Shown: positions 1 through 12,267 of the stretch, piece after piece
Position numbering within the stretch: the stretch's first letter is position 1
How the letters are laid out: each line of letters begins with the position of its first letter
Source of the DNA: Octopus sinensis
Taxonomy: Eukaryota
Length of the DNA stretch: 64,000 nucleotides
Reading direction: 5' to 3'
Assembly: GCF_006345805.1 (NCBI RefSeq)
Contig: NC_043009.1
Coordinates: forward strand, 5,704,001 to 5,768,000
Notes under the pieces: generated by a model
Told to the model about the DNA's origin: nothing
The model's input: only the letters and a program-made list of their open reading frames with translations
Databases searched by the model: none
Translations under genes and position numbers: made by a program

Positions 1-319
1 TGGAAATATATATTTATGAGAATATGTAGATATAGTTAGTTGCATATGCATAGATATAAAGCACAACTAATACACTTGTCTGAATTTATATTTGTTTATG
101 CACGTATATACTGCATATGTTTATGTAATTATGCATGTAGATATACATTATATTTTGTGATAAACTGATGCGGAAAAATAATAATGTTTTATCGCAAATG
201 TCAATGTTTCTGCGTTCGAAACCGATTCAATTTTAATGTTTGTTTTATATTTTCTCATTTGTTACATTTTTGAACAATACATTAAAATTCACTACGGGAA
301 CGGGAAGCCATATAGAGGC

Positions 320-803
320 TGAGTGATATACGCACAAACATACATGCATTCATTCGTACACACACATACATGCATACATACATTCACTCATACTTACATA
401 CACGTATGTATGTACGAATTTGTATGTGCATACAAGACTATAAGTTTTGGGATGGCATTTTTTTATATATATTTTAAATTATAAGCGAAAACAGAATATT
501 CAAACATATTCATCATCGAAGTAAAATAAATTTTAGATTTATATATACATACATATAAATATACATACGCCTACATATATATATGTAGACATATGCGCAT
601 AATGGATAAGGTATGTATATAAATGTACACACACATAAATTCATATGGACATAATTGATAATGTTTATAAGCGTATATATATATATACATGTGTGTGTTA
701 GTGATGTGTATATGTGGGTGTATGTGTATGCATGTATATGTACGTACGTACACATGCACACACAAATATGTGTCTCTGTGTAAATAAACACACACACACA
801 CAC

Positions 804-842
<39 letters not shown>

Positions 843-900
843 ATATAGATGTCCGTTCCCAAGCTCATAAGCGCACACAGTTCTTCATATATGCATATAT
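320..900. repeat. Compound (TA)n/(CA)n/(TACA)n low-complexity region
   Basis: Direct: TA and CA runs (e.g. 788-839). The ORFs at 513-878 and 571-843 are YI/VC repeat translations. Confidence 0.9.
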
Positions 901-2169
901 GTACTTATAAAATGTATTTATCATTATTTACAATAGAATTCAACAAGCAGAAGTTGAAGGGGGAAAAAATGAAAGGAAGACTTAAAAAAGACCATTATAA
1001 TTCTATAAGTCTGTAAATATATTTAACAATACCATCGACATATTTATATTTGAAGTTAAATGGCACCTTGTTGTGAATTCAATACTCCAAATGGATGCAA
1101 TGCCCTTTGTAGAAGGTTTCGTCTTACCCTGAAAGAACATATTAAGTTTGTATATGTTTATCATTGTTGTTTAGATGTTGTGGTTTGTTCTTCTTTCAAT
1201 ATTTGTTTTGGAATCGTTTCTTTTTCATTTTTAAATTCAGAATACATTAACTAATGGAAACACTTTTTCGTTTTTCTTTTTGTAACTATTGTAGAAAGTT
1301 GCTGGTGAGAAATTGAATTTCTTTGAGAGCCTTAAAAAGAAAAACAAAAAAGAAAAAGAAAGAAAAAGAAAAACGTACTTAGGTTGTAATCTTCATAGTT
1401 TATTGATCCTGGATACTTTGATTTCTGAATAAAATAGGAAATATAGTGAAGAATTACAGAAAATTGAATTTATAAAGCTCTTTGATTACAAAATATTTGG
1501 TAAGATGATAGTAAGAGGAGGAAAGAGAGAGAGAGAAAGAGAGAGAGAGAAAAGGAAAGAGATGCTTGCAACTTTGTCATGAAGTCGTTTTAAAGAGTCC
1601 AACTATAAAAAGAAAATGAAGACACATAGATAGATAATTTGAGAGAAACAGCAAAAGAGGAGACATTTTATAAAAGAAAGAGAAAAAGATTATCAGTGAA
1701 AACAATGAAGAAAATAAAGGTGTTGACAATAATAAAGTTACATACGAGAGGGAGAAAAGAGAGAGAAAGAGAGTTAGAGAAAGAGGCAGTGAGGGGAGAA
1801 GTGAAAGAGAGGAAGATTCGATAATAAGAGAGAAAGTATTAAATATATAATGAATAAATGAATATAAAAATGCACGGAGAATGTTGAGAGAGTTCATTGC
1901 AAAGGAATGATTTATGCAAATGGGATGGGGGAAAAAACATTTATGAGAGTAATGTGAGAGATGGAGAGACTGATAAATATATAGACAATAGTGTAGTACA
2001 AATGATACATAAACGGGAACAGTTTGAAAATGATAAATATAGTGAAGGATTGATATAAACGGATTGACAATATGATGAGTATGGCAAGTATATGAATACA
2101 TACACATACGTATTTGTGCATGGGTGTGTGCGTGCATGCGTGTGTGTGTGTGTGTGTCTGTGTCTGTGT

Positions 2170-2372
2170 CTTTGTAACTGTGTTTGAATCCCCCACCGCT
2201 TGGCATCTGGTGTTGTGTTGTTTACGTCCCCCAAGCATAGCTGTTTGGCAAGAGAGACCCAGGCCATAAATACCGGCCTTAGGAATAAGTTGTGGGAGAA
2301 CACTCTACGATGAATTGCCGCAGCATGGCCGCAGACAAATGATTGAAACAAGTAACAGATAAGAGAAAAGAT
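2170..2372 (+). mobile_element. OK-like SINE, diverged 3' part
   Basis: tttacgtcccc...cagcatggccgcag-caaatgattgaaacaagt resembles the 3' tail of the fuller copies at 45992 and 53755. Confidence 0.65.
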
Positions 2373-2402
2373 ATGTGCTCATATATATATACATACATAT
2401 AT

Positions 2403-2454
<52 letters not shown>

Positions 2455-2716
2455 ATATACATACGTATGTAGCTCGTTTCCTGGCTTGCGCTTTATGGAA
2501 GTCAAGCTCAAGACTAATACAGAATGTACACTGTCAAAAATATTCTTATTGTATTTAGGCGACATCCACAGTCTCGCAAGAATGCTATCAATTTCGTCCA
2601 ACAAACAATTTCTTTACGTTGCAAGTGTTTTGATGCCATTACACATCTTTCACGTCAGTATGCAAGATCCGGATCTTTGGCTTAGCATCTCAACATCGCA
2701 CCCCGCCCATAATATC

Positions 2717-2960
2717 TCTCTTTTACTCTCTTTTACTTTTTTCAGTCATTTGACTGTGGCCATGCTGGAGCACCGCCTTTAGTCGAGAAAATCGACCCTA
2801 GGACGTATTCTTTGTAAGCCTACTACTTATTCTATCGACCCATTTTGCCGAACCGCTCTAGTTACGGGGACGTAAAAACACCAGCATCGATAGTCAAGCG
2901 ATGTTGGGTGGGACAAACTCACACAAACATACACACACATACATACACACACACACACAT

Positions 2961-2991
<31 letters not shown>

Positions 2992-3170
2992 CATACACAC
3001 ATATATACGACGGGCTTCTTTTAGTTTCCGTCTACCAAATCCACTCACAAGGCTTTGGTCGGCCCTAGGCTATAGTAGAAGACACTTGCCCAAAGTGCCA
3101 CGCAGTGGGAGTGAACCCGGAACCATGTGGTTGGTAAGAAAGCTACTTACCACACAGCCACTTCTACGCC
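2717..3170 (-). mobile_element. OK-like SINE, near full length
   Basis: Reverse complement reads gtggctgtgtggtaagtagc...ccacatggttccgggttcactcccactgcgtggcactttgggcaagtgtc...ggcggtgctccagcatggcc with a (taaaagag)n tail. Near-identical copies at 39399, 45992 and 53755. Confidence 0.9.
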
Positions 3171-4724
3171 TATATTAGTGCAGTAAACAATTTGACACAC
3201 ACCGTGGCCGTAAATTTTTGCCCTTGCCTCGGAATACGGAGACTTTTAGCAGCCGGATATTCTGTATGTTAGATTTTCTTGTAATTAGGCGGCTTTAATT
3301 CATCAGAAGGATAAGAGCAGATGCTTCAGACTTCTAGATGAAAAATTGGACACTATCCATCAGAAATAAATAATTCAAGCCAAGTATATGCATCCACCAT
3401 CAATATTTCTAGTAACATGGTCTCAGTTCCCAAGCTACCTTATTCAGGCTAAAGTGATTTAAGGCTGACGCATAATCATGTCAACAAGTCCTTCGATTCA
3501 CCGATACCTTGATTTGCCTCTGCGTGGATCATGTATCAACTACACTGAAAAACCCAGGCAGCCTTTAAACAGGTAGTTCTTTTGAAATAATTTTTGGTTA
3601 ATATCAATTACCGCATACATCCTCGAAACTCTCTAACCAGTCCAAATATAAATATCAATTCCTGTAACATTTCTTATGCTTTCATTAGCAGTTATGATAA
3701 AACAGATGGCCAAGTTGAGCACGTCAAAAATTAGAATATCATGCCATCTGTAGGTAATAGCAAAGCAGTTTGGGACGACGTAAGTAAAAATCTTTCTGAA
3801 AAGAAAGGAAAGAAAATGGAAGACGTGAAAGCCTAAGGTGAAATGTATTCTAAAGTTTTCGCGAATAAATTATACCACCAATCATCGATAAAATTATCAT
3901 GCTATCCAATGAAAGGACAGTGCTAAATTTCAATTTAGAAGATTAGAAGTGGTTGATGGGGATTGTATCTATTGAAAAATTGTACGACTTTGCAGAACAT
4001 CAGATTCAAAAGAAGTTCGAACACTTTTCTGTAGATCTAGTAACAGCAGGAAGAATTGTTTGGATGAATTCTTTTGTAACAACATTATCAAAATGAAGGA
4101 TGTTCTCAGTTAATTTACTAAGAATGATCAGGAAAAATAAGAAGGCGTTCCGGACGTGCTATTCACCTCCCATGATATGCTTCATGAGAAAGAACTGGAC
4201 AAAAAGGAAGGTGATAATTGATGCATACTTCGAAATGCAATCGACGTACAAGGAAAATGTGTTAATTTTGCTCCATCCATCGATCTTCTTCTCCCTTTAG
4301 TCTTGGTAGAAGTGACTAGCGGGTAGAGTTCTGAAGCACTGTCGCCGCAAGGTCCTGTCAGAAGCAGCCATAATTACACTTTCCGGTTGAGTTCTCGACC
4401 GAGAAAAGCTGAAGCGACATATTACTCAACCCCTAGTCTTTCCGCTATTTGGTTTGTCTTGAAGAACCTGTCTTACGATCTTTTCCTGCGATATTCTAAT
4501 CTCATGTCTGTATTACCGGAACTGTGACCACCACTCAATGCTGCGAAATAGCAGCTCGACTTGGACAGACACCCTGATTGCCGAGCTACTCATCTTGTTA
4601 CACCAGAGATAATTCGGTGGATTCCCGATTTCGATTCTTGAGGCTGGAAAAACTACTAAACTTACTCTCTTCAATTCGGTTCGGGTATCTATCAATTCCC
4701 AAAAGTATGAATTTTAAGCATAAG

Positions 4725-5335
4725 TAGTCTGACTAATAAGTATCCGGACTGTTGCCATAGTAACGAAACTTAAGCATGAAGAATAAATCCACCTGGCAAA
4801 CATTTACCTTAGACGCTGCTATGCTTGTGCACTAAGTTTTAACGCTCTAACTCACTTCCGCTGTTTACAGCAATGCTTGGAAGTAAGGGATGTAACGTGT
4901 TATCGTCGCATTGAGCATGGCAGAGAAAGTTGTCATGGCGATACCTACTCAGAGGCTTAGTCAAAGTTGCAGAAAGTGTAAAAGTATATGGGGGGCACAC
5001 GAGTGAGTGTACGAGTGGTTTAGACGTTTCTAACATGGCCGGAAAAAATGTCGATAGTGACGCATGTTCTGGGAGACCCGCAACCAGCAGAACTGCGAAA
5101 AACATTGCAGAGATGCGTGCAGCTCTGAGGGGAAATCGTCAAATCACCATCCGTGAGTTATCAGAGGATGTGCAGATTAGTTACAGTTCAGTTCAGTATC
5201 ACTGAAGATTTGAGCATGAAACCTGTGTCTTCCACGTTTGAGCCCAAACTGATTTCACTTCAGACCAAAATGACACTCGGGTTTCAGTTGCACAAGATCT
5301 CCTTGTTTGTTTCGAGAAGAAGGAAATATGTTTGA
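4725..5335 (+). mobile_element. Decayed mariner DNA transposon, 5' part (transposase N-terminal HTH region)
   Basis: Translation GRKNVDSDACSGRPATSRTAKNIAEMRAALRGNRQITIRELSEDVQISYSSVQY / ITEDLSMKPVSSTFEPKLIS fits the mariner pattern (SGRP...TIRELAE...LGM.KV...WVP). TIR-like aataagtatccggact near 4734. Frameshifted. Confidence 0.8.
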
Positions 5336-6779
5336 GATCTTTCCGGCGGCCTGATGGGGTTTTCTATATTTTATGTGCTCTGCACAATCAGCAGTATGTT
5401 ATAGCGAAATATTCTTGTAAATGCATATGACCTAGCTGACATGATAAATCAATATTTTCTTTTTTCTACATTAATTACACTTGTTATTCCATAATGAATT
5501 TCGGAAATTCCTATCCTAATCTTTCAGATTCAGTAAAAGCGCTCGGCAATTTCTATTACTGCTCAGCAGTAATTCTTACTTCAGCATTTGCCCGTCTAGT
5601 GTCATATAAGAGAACTTGCCAAGTGGAAACTGTATAGAAGCCAATACCACAAATATGACGAATCCCTAAGATAGATAAAGAGGCGTAGAAACACCAATAC
5701 TGGTTGTTACGCGGTGAAGTAGGGCATGCTTTTGGAAACAATTGATGTAGATTATCTGTACAGCTTTATCCGTTTTAGTCAATTAGACGATCACACGCTA
5801 TACACGTTCCTTCCACGCACTGCTGTAAAGAGGGGACGTGAGCTATAGCATCAAAATTTAGTGCGCCTGTATAGCAAAGTTCAAGCGACTTTTCTCTGTG
5901 TGCGTTAGCTTTGCTACTATAACAACAGTCCTGATACTTATTGATGAGACCACATATTGTTCTCCTGATAATAATTCAGTGAAATGTAAACAGGAATGTT
6001 ACGGATGGAACAATAACTTCATAGACCTACTTAGTGAATACCGAGGGAAAAACATATCCAACATATTCAGTAATGGAATGTAGTCATTTTTAGGCAGACT
6101 CAGATTAAACCTAATGTCTGAAGATTCTTCGTCACTATTCTTCTAAGACTTGGAGATAAAGAAATTATGTTTTCAAGAAACAAATTTTATAAAGGAAGCA
6201 ATTTCACAGTTCATAGAATTGTACCGAATTTTATTGATATCAGCATTCATATATGCATTCATGTGTATAATTATAGTTGATTTTGAACTATATTTGACCG
6301 GCATATATTTTAATTCATCATTCTAAGCATTGAATTCGTAATATATTCATATATGAATTATATTTTATTTCTAATTTATCACCACATATTTAATTTTCCA
6401 TTGGCAGGCATAACTAATCCTATTAAATTAATGATTTCTTCATTTGTCATTAATGGTCCGAGGGCCCACTGATAATAATATATGTTCTCTGCCAGAAAAA
6501 CGGCCAATCTGTCAATCTGTCTCTAAACATTAATGTCTAACTCTGACCCAATATATTTCTGTACACTCTATCACTTTTTCCTCTCATTCTTTGCGTGCAT
6601 TTATATTATTCATACTCATACGTACACACGCATCCATATATACGCATATATATTCATATGTATATACATACATACACACAGACACAGAGACACACACATA
6701 CACAAACACACGTATATAACTTACTTATAGATACACACATATATATATATACAGAAATGTGTTTGTACGTATTTATATT

Positions 6780-6950
6780 CTTTTATTTTATTCTTTTACT
6801 TCTTTCAATCATTTAACTGTGGACCATGCTGGAGCACCGCTTTAAAGAGTCTTAGTCTAAGATAGTGGACCTTGGAATTATTCTTTGTAAGCCTAGTACT
6901 TATTTTATTCGTGCCTTTTACCGAACCGCTAAGTTATAGGGGCATGGACT
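6780..6950 (-). mobile_element. OK-like SINE 3' fragment
   Basis: catttaactgtggaccatgctggagcaccgc...ctttgtaagcctagtact...ccgaaccgctaagtta matches the other copies. Confidence 0.8.
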
Positions 6951-7267
6951 CATAGGCACACATACGCACGCAGGCACACATACACACGCTCAAACACTCA
7001 CACGCAAATACACACGCACACACGCAGACACGCGCGCACGCACGCACACACAGAAGCACACACACACACAAATATATATATATAAATCAACTTCCATATA
7101 ACCTCTCAGTGATGACCACACTCCATCCTAGATGAGATCATCAATTTTGAAATCATTTCATTTGAATGGTAAATGATAACTGGTTTGATAAATAAATAAA
7201 TACACTAAATAAATAAATGGAAGTCAATATTGAAGTGGGGGTCACTTCCCCTCTCACTACCTCTCAG

Positions 7268-7325
<58 letters not shown>

Positions 7326-7366
7326 GTCTGTCTGTCTGTCTGTCTGTGCACCAATCTATCTATCTA
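7268..7366. repeat. (TCTA)n/(TCTG)n microsatellite
   Basis: Direct. Confidence 0.95.
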
Positions 7367-7644
7367 CTTGTCCAGGAATCTCACCCCCACATAAAAAAAG
7401 CAATGTTCTCCTCTTCTAAACAAAACTAAAATACATATGATTTTATATAAATAAACAACCTGTTTGTATATTCACAGAGAAAAATTGTATATTCACAGAA
7501 AAACGAACGAAAGTGCTAATAATAATGACTAAATGAATAAAAAACATTATTTTACCCAAATTCTGGCGACCTCATCTTTTTTTCAGTATGAAGAGTAGAT
7601 ATTACCTGTCCTGTTCTCAATTTTGTATCTCTCACTTATTTCAC

Positions 7645-8053
7645 GCTCACACCTGCACCTGGGTTGCTTCTCCCCCTTCTTCCCTCCCTCGTGAAGCTGT
7701 GGGGAAGGGAGTGTAAGGAAATCAACGTCGTAATGCGTTGTCAAGGAGACCAGCGTTCTTTTAGAACAACGACTTCATGGCTTGAAGACACCAAAACAGA
7801 AATGGCTAAGAAAGCGTCTACATGAGTCTACGATTAAAAAAAAAATTTACCATCATTTTTTCCATTTTAATGCATTTTTTCGCTATTATATAAGGGAAGT
7901 AAGTCTCTAAAAATGTCTACGATGAGTCAACGATTTAAAAAAAATTACCATCATTTTTTATTCCATTTTAATGCATTTTTTTGCTACCACTCTCTAAAAA
8001 TGCTTATATAGTTATTTCCCTTACAAACCCGAGCAACGCGGGCGATACTGCTA

Positions 8054-8054
<1 letters not shown>
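7645..8054 (+). mobile_element. Non-autonomous Helitron, 5'-truncated mosaic copy
   Basis: Ends cccgagcaacgcgggcgatactgCTAG-t (hairpin plus CTAG, followed by T). 7814-8054 matches 10420-10677; 7645-7815 matches 9165-9335. Confidence 0.75.
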
Positions 8055-8115
<61 letters not shown>

Positions 8116-8118
<3 letters not shown>

Positions 8119-8863
8119 ATTTGTAAAAAATGAAGTTCGAAAATGCTGCTGTATTATACAATTTTTAATTTTTATATATACATTATAACATGTTTCAGTT
8201 CCTGAAATAAACCTTATCAAAAAAAGTTATATATAAAAAGAGACAGCTCATGCCGTCAAACACAAGAAATTCATTTATAATACACAACGGAGTCAGACAT
8301 CTTAGAGTTCATGTATAGTTGATAAATAGTTCATGTATAGTTGATATATAGTTCATGTATAGTTGATATATAGTTTGAAGTATATGTTCAAAGTGTTCGA
8401 TGCAGTGGCCCACGGTGGCGATACGTATTCATACAAAAAACAGATCAAAGTGGTGGAAAGCGGTCAATACAGAAGATTGATGTTTCCGAAAGAGCGAGGA
8501 ATCATTTTTTACCTTAAGCAATTGTGATGACCATGGTGGAAGTTCGCTGGGTGGTTCTAGTGATTTTTGTGAAATGCTTGGTTTTATAATGCCTGTTAGG
8601 TGGTCAATCTAGCGTAGCGTGACGTCATCAATGTTTTGACCAATCGTTTCGTTAATCAACTATACATGAACTCTAAGATGTCTGACTCCGTTGTGTATTA
8701 TAAATGAATTTCTTGTGTTTGACGGCATGAGCTGTCTCTTTTTATATATAACTTTTTTTGATAAGGTTCATTTCAGGAACTGAAACATGTTATAATGTAT
8801 ATATAAAAATTAAAAATTGTATAATACAGCAGCATTTTCGAACTTCATTTTTACAAATATATA
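8116..8863. mobile_element. Penelope-like element remnant with inverted ~208-bp arms (pLTR-like)
   Basis: 8116-8323 is the near-perfect reverse complement of 8655-8863. Each arm carries a degenerate hammerhead-like motif (ttgataa-ggttc atttcag gaact-gaaa-cat gttata atg-ta). Confidence 0.65.
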
Positions 8864-8883
8864 CCTACTCGTATACGAGCTAA

Positions 8884-8884
8884 T

Positions 8885-8934
<50 letters not shown>

Positions 8935-9420
8935 TGAAGTTGTGTGAGTGTCTGTCTCCTACGATTTAGATTCCTAACTACTCCCACATTTTGCGGTGCA
9001 GTTTAACCAAAACCTGGTATCTTATACTCGTGATTCATATCGAGCCCGTCTGGGTATTAGCGCGCGTCTACGATGAGTCTACGATTTTAAAAATAATTTA
9101 ACATCATTTTTTTCCATTTCTTCCAATTTTTTCGTGTGTCGATGGCGACGGAGTTGGCGTCCATGCTCACACCTGCACCTGGGTTGCTTCTCCCCCTTCT
9201 TCCCTCCCTCGTGAAGCTGTGGGGAAGGGAGTGTAAGGAAATCAACGTCGTAAAGCGTTGTCAAGGTGACCAGCGTTCTTTTAGAACAACGACTTCATGG
9301 CTTGAAGACACCAAAACAGAAATGGCTAAGAAAGCCCGAAAGCAAGTTCTACAAAATCGGGAAACACGCCACACAGGGAAGGTTTCCCGTACAAAGAATT
9401 TGCACAACCGAATGTTTTAG
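8884..9420 (+). mobile_element. Non-autonomous Helitron variant (shared 5' module, alternative 3' module)
   Basis: Starts a^TC with an expanded TA tract, then aaagtgaagttgtgtg... as in the 10281 copy. Ends ...acaaccgaatgttTTAG^t, the same end as at 10268. Confidence 0.6.
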
Positions 9421-9551
9421 TTGTTGCACAACTTTTACTTAAAAGATATTATCCAAACACAAACTTTTGAAGGCAAAATTGTATGGCGATGGTACTTGTG
9501 AAATATGGTAATGGATTTTAATAGCCAAAGGGAGAGAGCAGAGGCATATTA

Positions 9552-9972
9552 TGGTGGTGGTGGAGGCGGTGGTAGTGGCAGCGGTGGTGGCGGTGGTGCT
9601 GGTAGTGGTGATGGTGGTCGTGGTTGTGGTGGTGGTCGTGTTTGTGGTGGTGGTGGTGTTGTTGTTGTTGTTGTTATTGTTGGTGGTTGTGGTGATGATG
9701 GTGGTCGTGGTGGTCTCCGTGATGGTGGTGGCGATGGTGGTCGTCGTGTTTGTGGTGGTGGTGGTGGTGGTTCGTCGTGTTTGTAGTGGTGGTGGTGGTG
9801 TTGTTGTTGTTGGTCGTGGTCGTGGTGGTGGGGGTGGTGATGATGGTGGTGGTCGTGGTGGTGGTGATGATGGTGGTGGTCGTGGTGGTATTCGTGATGG
9901 TGGTGGTGATGGTCATGGGCGTAGTAGTGGTGGTGGTCATGGTGGTAGTGGTGGTGGTGGTGGTGGCGGCTG
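9552..9972. repeat. Degenerate (GGT)n/(GAT)n/(GTT)n trinucleotide tract
   Basis: Direct. Produces the poly-V, poly-G, poly-T and poly-W ORFs in the track. Confidence 0.9.
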
Positions 9973-9987
9973 AAGCTGTCGTCTGGG

Positions 9988-10268
9988 TTCTTCCAATTTT
10001 TTCGTGTGTCGGTGGCGGCTTGGCGTTCATGCTCGCACCTGCACCTGTGTAGATCCTCCCCTTCTTCCCTCCTTCGTGAAGCTGTGGGGAAGGCAGGGTA
10101 GGGAAATCAACGTCGTAAAGCATTGTCAAGGAGACCAGCGTTCTTTTAGAACAACGACTTCATGGCTTGAAGTCACCAAAACAGAAATCGCTAAAAAAGC
10201 TGAAACAGATCAACAAAAACGGCAAAAACCGCCACACAGGGCACAATTTGCACAACCGAATGTTTTAG
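9988..10268 (+). mobile_element. Helitron-associated 3' module (second copy)
   Basis: Similar to 9118-9420: cttccaattttttcgtgtgtc...caaggagaccagcgttcttttagaacaacgacttcatggcttgaag...aatgttttag. Confidence 0.6.
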
Positions 10269-10280
10269 TGGTTGCGCAAA

Positions 10281-10677
10281 TCTTTATATATAAAAGTGAA
10301 GTTATGTGTCTGTCTCCTACGATTTAGATTCCTAACTACTCCCACATTTTGCGGTGCAGTTTAACCAAAACCGGGTATCTTAAGGTTGTGATTCATATCG
10401 AGCCCTTCTGGGTATTAGCGCGCGTCTACGATGAGTCTGCGATTATAAAAATAAATTACCATCATTTTTTCCATTTTAATGCATTTTTTCGCTATTATAT
10501 AAGGGAAGTAACTCTCTAAAAATGTCTACGATGAGTCAACGATTTAAAAAAAAATTGCCATCATTTTTTATTCCATTTTTAATGCATTTCTTTGCTATTT
10601 TTTTGCTATAACTCACTAAAAATGCTTATATAGGTATTTCCCTTACAAACCCGAGCAACGCCGGGCGATACTGCTAG
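10281..10677 (+). mobile_element. Complete non-autonomous Helitron (397 bp)
   Basis: 5' TC (a^TCtttatatataaaagtg), 3' hairpin cccg-agcaacgc-cggg then CTAG, inserted between A and T with no TSD: the canonical Helitron termini. Confidence 0.85.
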
Positions 10678-10701
10678 TATATATATAGACAGAGAGAGAG
10701 G

Positions 10702-10703
<2 letters not shown>

Positions 10704-10779
<76 letters not shown>
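10704..10779. repeat. (GATA)n microsatellite
   Basis: Direct. Confidence 0.95.
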
Positions 10780-11194
10780 TAACCCTATGACGGACTTCCA
10801 CGAAGCTTCTCTCAAAGAAATTCACCCACATTGCCATGATTTGCTCAGGCCTAAGATAAAAGACATTTCTTTAACGTGGCTTGCTGTGGAGATGAACCCA
10901 AACGTATTAACCGCCTGACCATATTAACCGCACAACACTAATCGTGCCTATAGAATGAAATAAGTTGGTATATTTGTTTCTTAATAATAGCTCAAGTGCA
11001 TTTCGAATCGTTTATCGTTTATTCGCATTATATTTTCAATTATGGTAGCAGAGATGTTTTCACAAACGAAGAAAAAAATAAAAACAAAAAAAAAAAAGAT
11101 AAAGGAAAATAATAATCCACTTAATAGAATCAATAGTAACTGCTTCCATCTTTGGCGTATGGTGATTGATATTCTTGGGAGGAAAAAGGGACGA

Positions 11195-11385
11195 GCTAGC
11201 AGAATCATTTGCACGCCGAGCTAAATGATTACCGGTATTTCGTCTGCCCTTACGTTCTGTGTTCAAATTCCCCCGAAGTCGAATCTGTCTGTCATTCTTT
11301 CGGGGTCGATGAAATAATTATCAGTTGAGTACTGGGGTCGATGTAATTGCTGGCCTTGTGTCATAATTTTAAACCAATATTTCGG
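11195..11385 (-). mobile_element. SINE-like dispersed repeat (gacccc/aatttgaactcagaa family)
   Basis: Reverse complement cgacttcgggggaatttgaacacagaacgtaag...gctcggcgtgcaaatgattctgctagc. Related plus-strand pieces at about 11600-11740 and 11800-11970. Confidence 0.6.
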
Positions 11386-12208
11386 CGAGGTGTAAACCCG
11401 TTAAATCCATTCTAGTACTTGAACGCCGCTAATTTATTACTACGAATGAATAAAAAAGAAGGTAAATTTGGCTTCGAGTGGAGTTGATCTTAGAATTTTA
11501 AGAGCCAGAAGAAATGTTGCTCAGCATTTTGGAGTATGTACCAACGATTCGGCCAACATACTGCCTTAATCATGATGATGATGACAATGATGGTGATAAT
11601 AGTAATTTTAATTTTGGCACAAAGCTAGCAATTTCAGGAGATGGGCTATTTGATTACATCGATCATAGCTTTGAAGAGGTTCTGAAAATCTCAAAATGAA
11701 GACACAATCGACCTTAGGAAATTTGAACTCAGAAAGGTAAGACGGACAAAATGCCTGTAAATAGTTTGCCAGGGACGTACTGAAAATACTCCCAGCTCGC
11801 CTTAATAATAATAAGGGCTGAAATTTGGGTGAGATGCTAAGTCGATAACACCGACTCCAGTTCTCAACTGGTAGCTATTTCATCGACCCCGTAAGGCAAA
11901 ATTTGAACTCAGAAGTGAAGACAAACGAAACCCCGCGAGCATTTGGCTCGTCGTGTTAATGATTCTGCCATCTCACTATATGTGCGAGTGGGATCCGTAT
12001 ATCAATCTTCTTTGTGTCAGCGCGTGTTATACACGTATATTCACTATCTTATACACACACCTATATTTGCAGCGTATATAGTCATAAACATACGTATGAA
12101 TACTTCATCTGCGTCGTTGTGAATATAATATAAAACCAGTTTCTATATGGCTACGTCTTCTACTGTAAAACCTCTTCTTTTCTTTTAGTGTGGAAATGTG
12201 TGTTTGAA

Positions 12209-12267
<59 letters not shown>

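Noticed and set aside
1060-1118. MAPCCEFNTPNGCNALCR, resembling a RECK-type CC-x7-C-x3-C motif
   Set aside because: An in-frame TAA lies immediately upstream, the donor is weak and no further RECK-like exons were found.
3990-4700. GC-richer, coding-looking stretch before the mariner relic
   Set aside because: Probably a decayed TE, but stops occur in all frames and no diagnostic motif could be assigned.
6180-6240. FYKGSNFTVHRIVPNF, similar to cyclophilin YKGS.FHR.IP.F
   Set aside because: It has a two-residue insertion, lacks the following QGGD, has no usable splice sites and no other cyclophilin exons; likely chance.
9505-10129. Gly-rich, Val-rich and Thr/His-rich ORFs
   Set aside because: All are frames of the degenerate GGT tract; flanking non-repeat parts belong to the Helitron module.
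10790-10856. Minus-strand candidate exon PEQIMAMWVNFFERSFVEVRHR
   Set aside because: Good acceptor but poor donor, no recognisable family, and it abuts a (GATA)n repeat.
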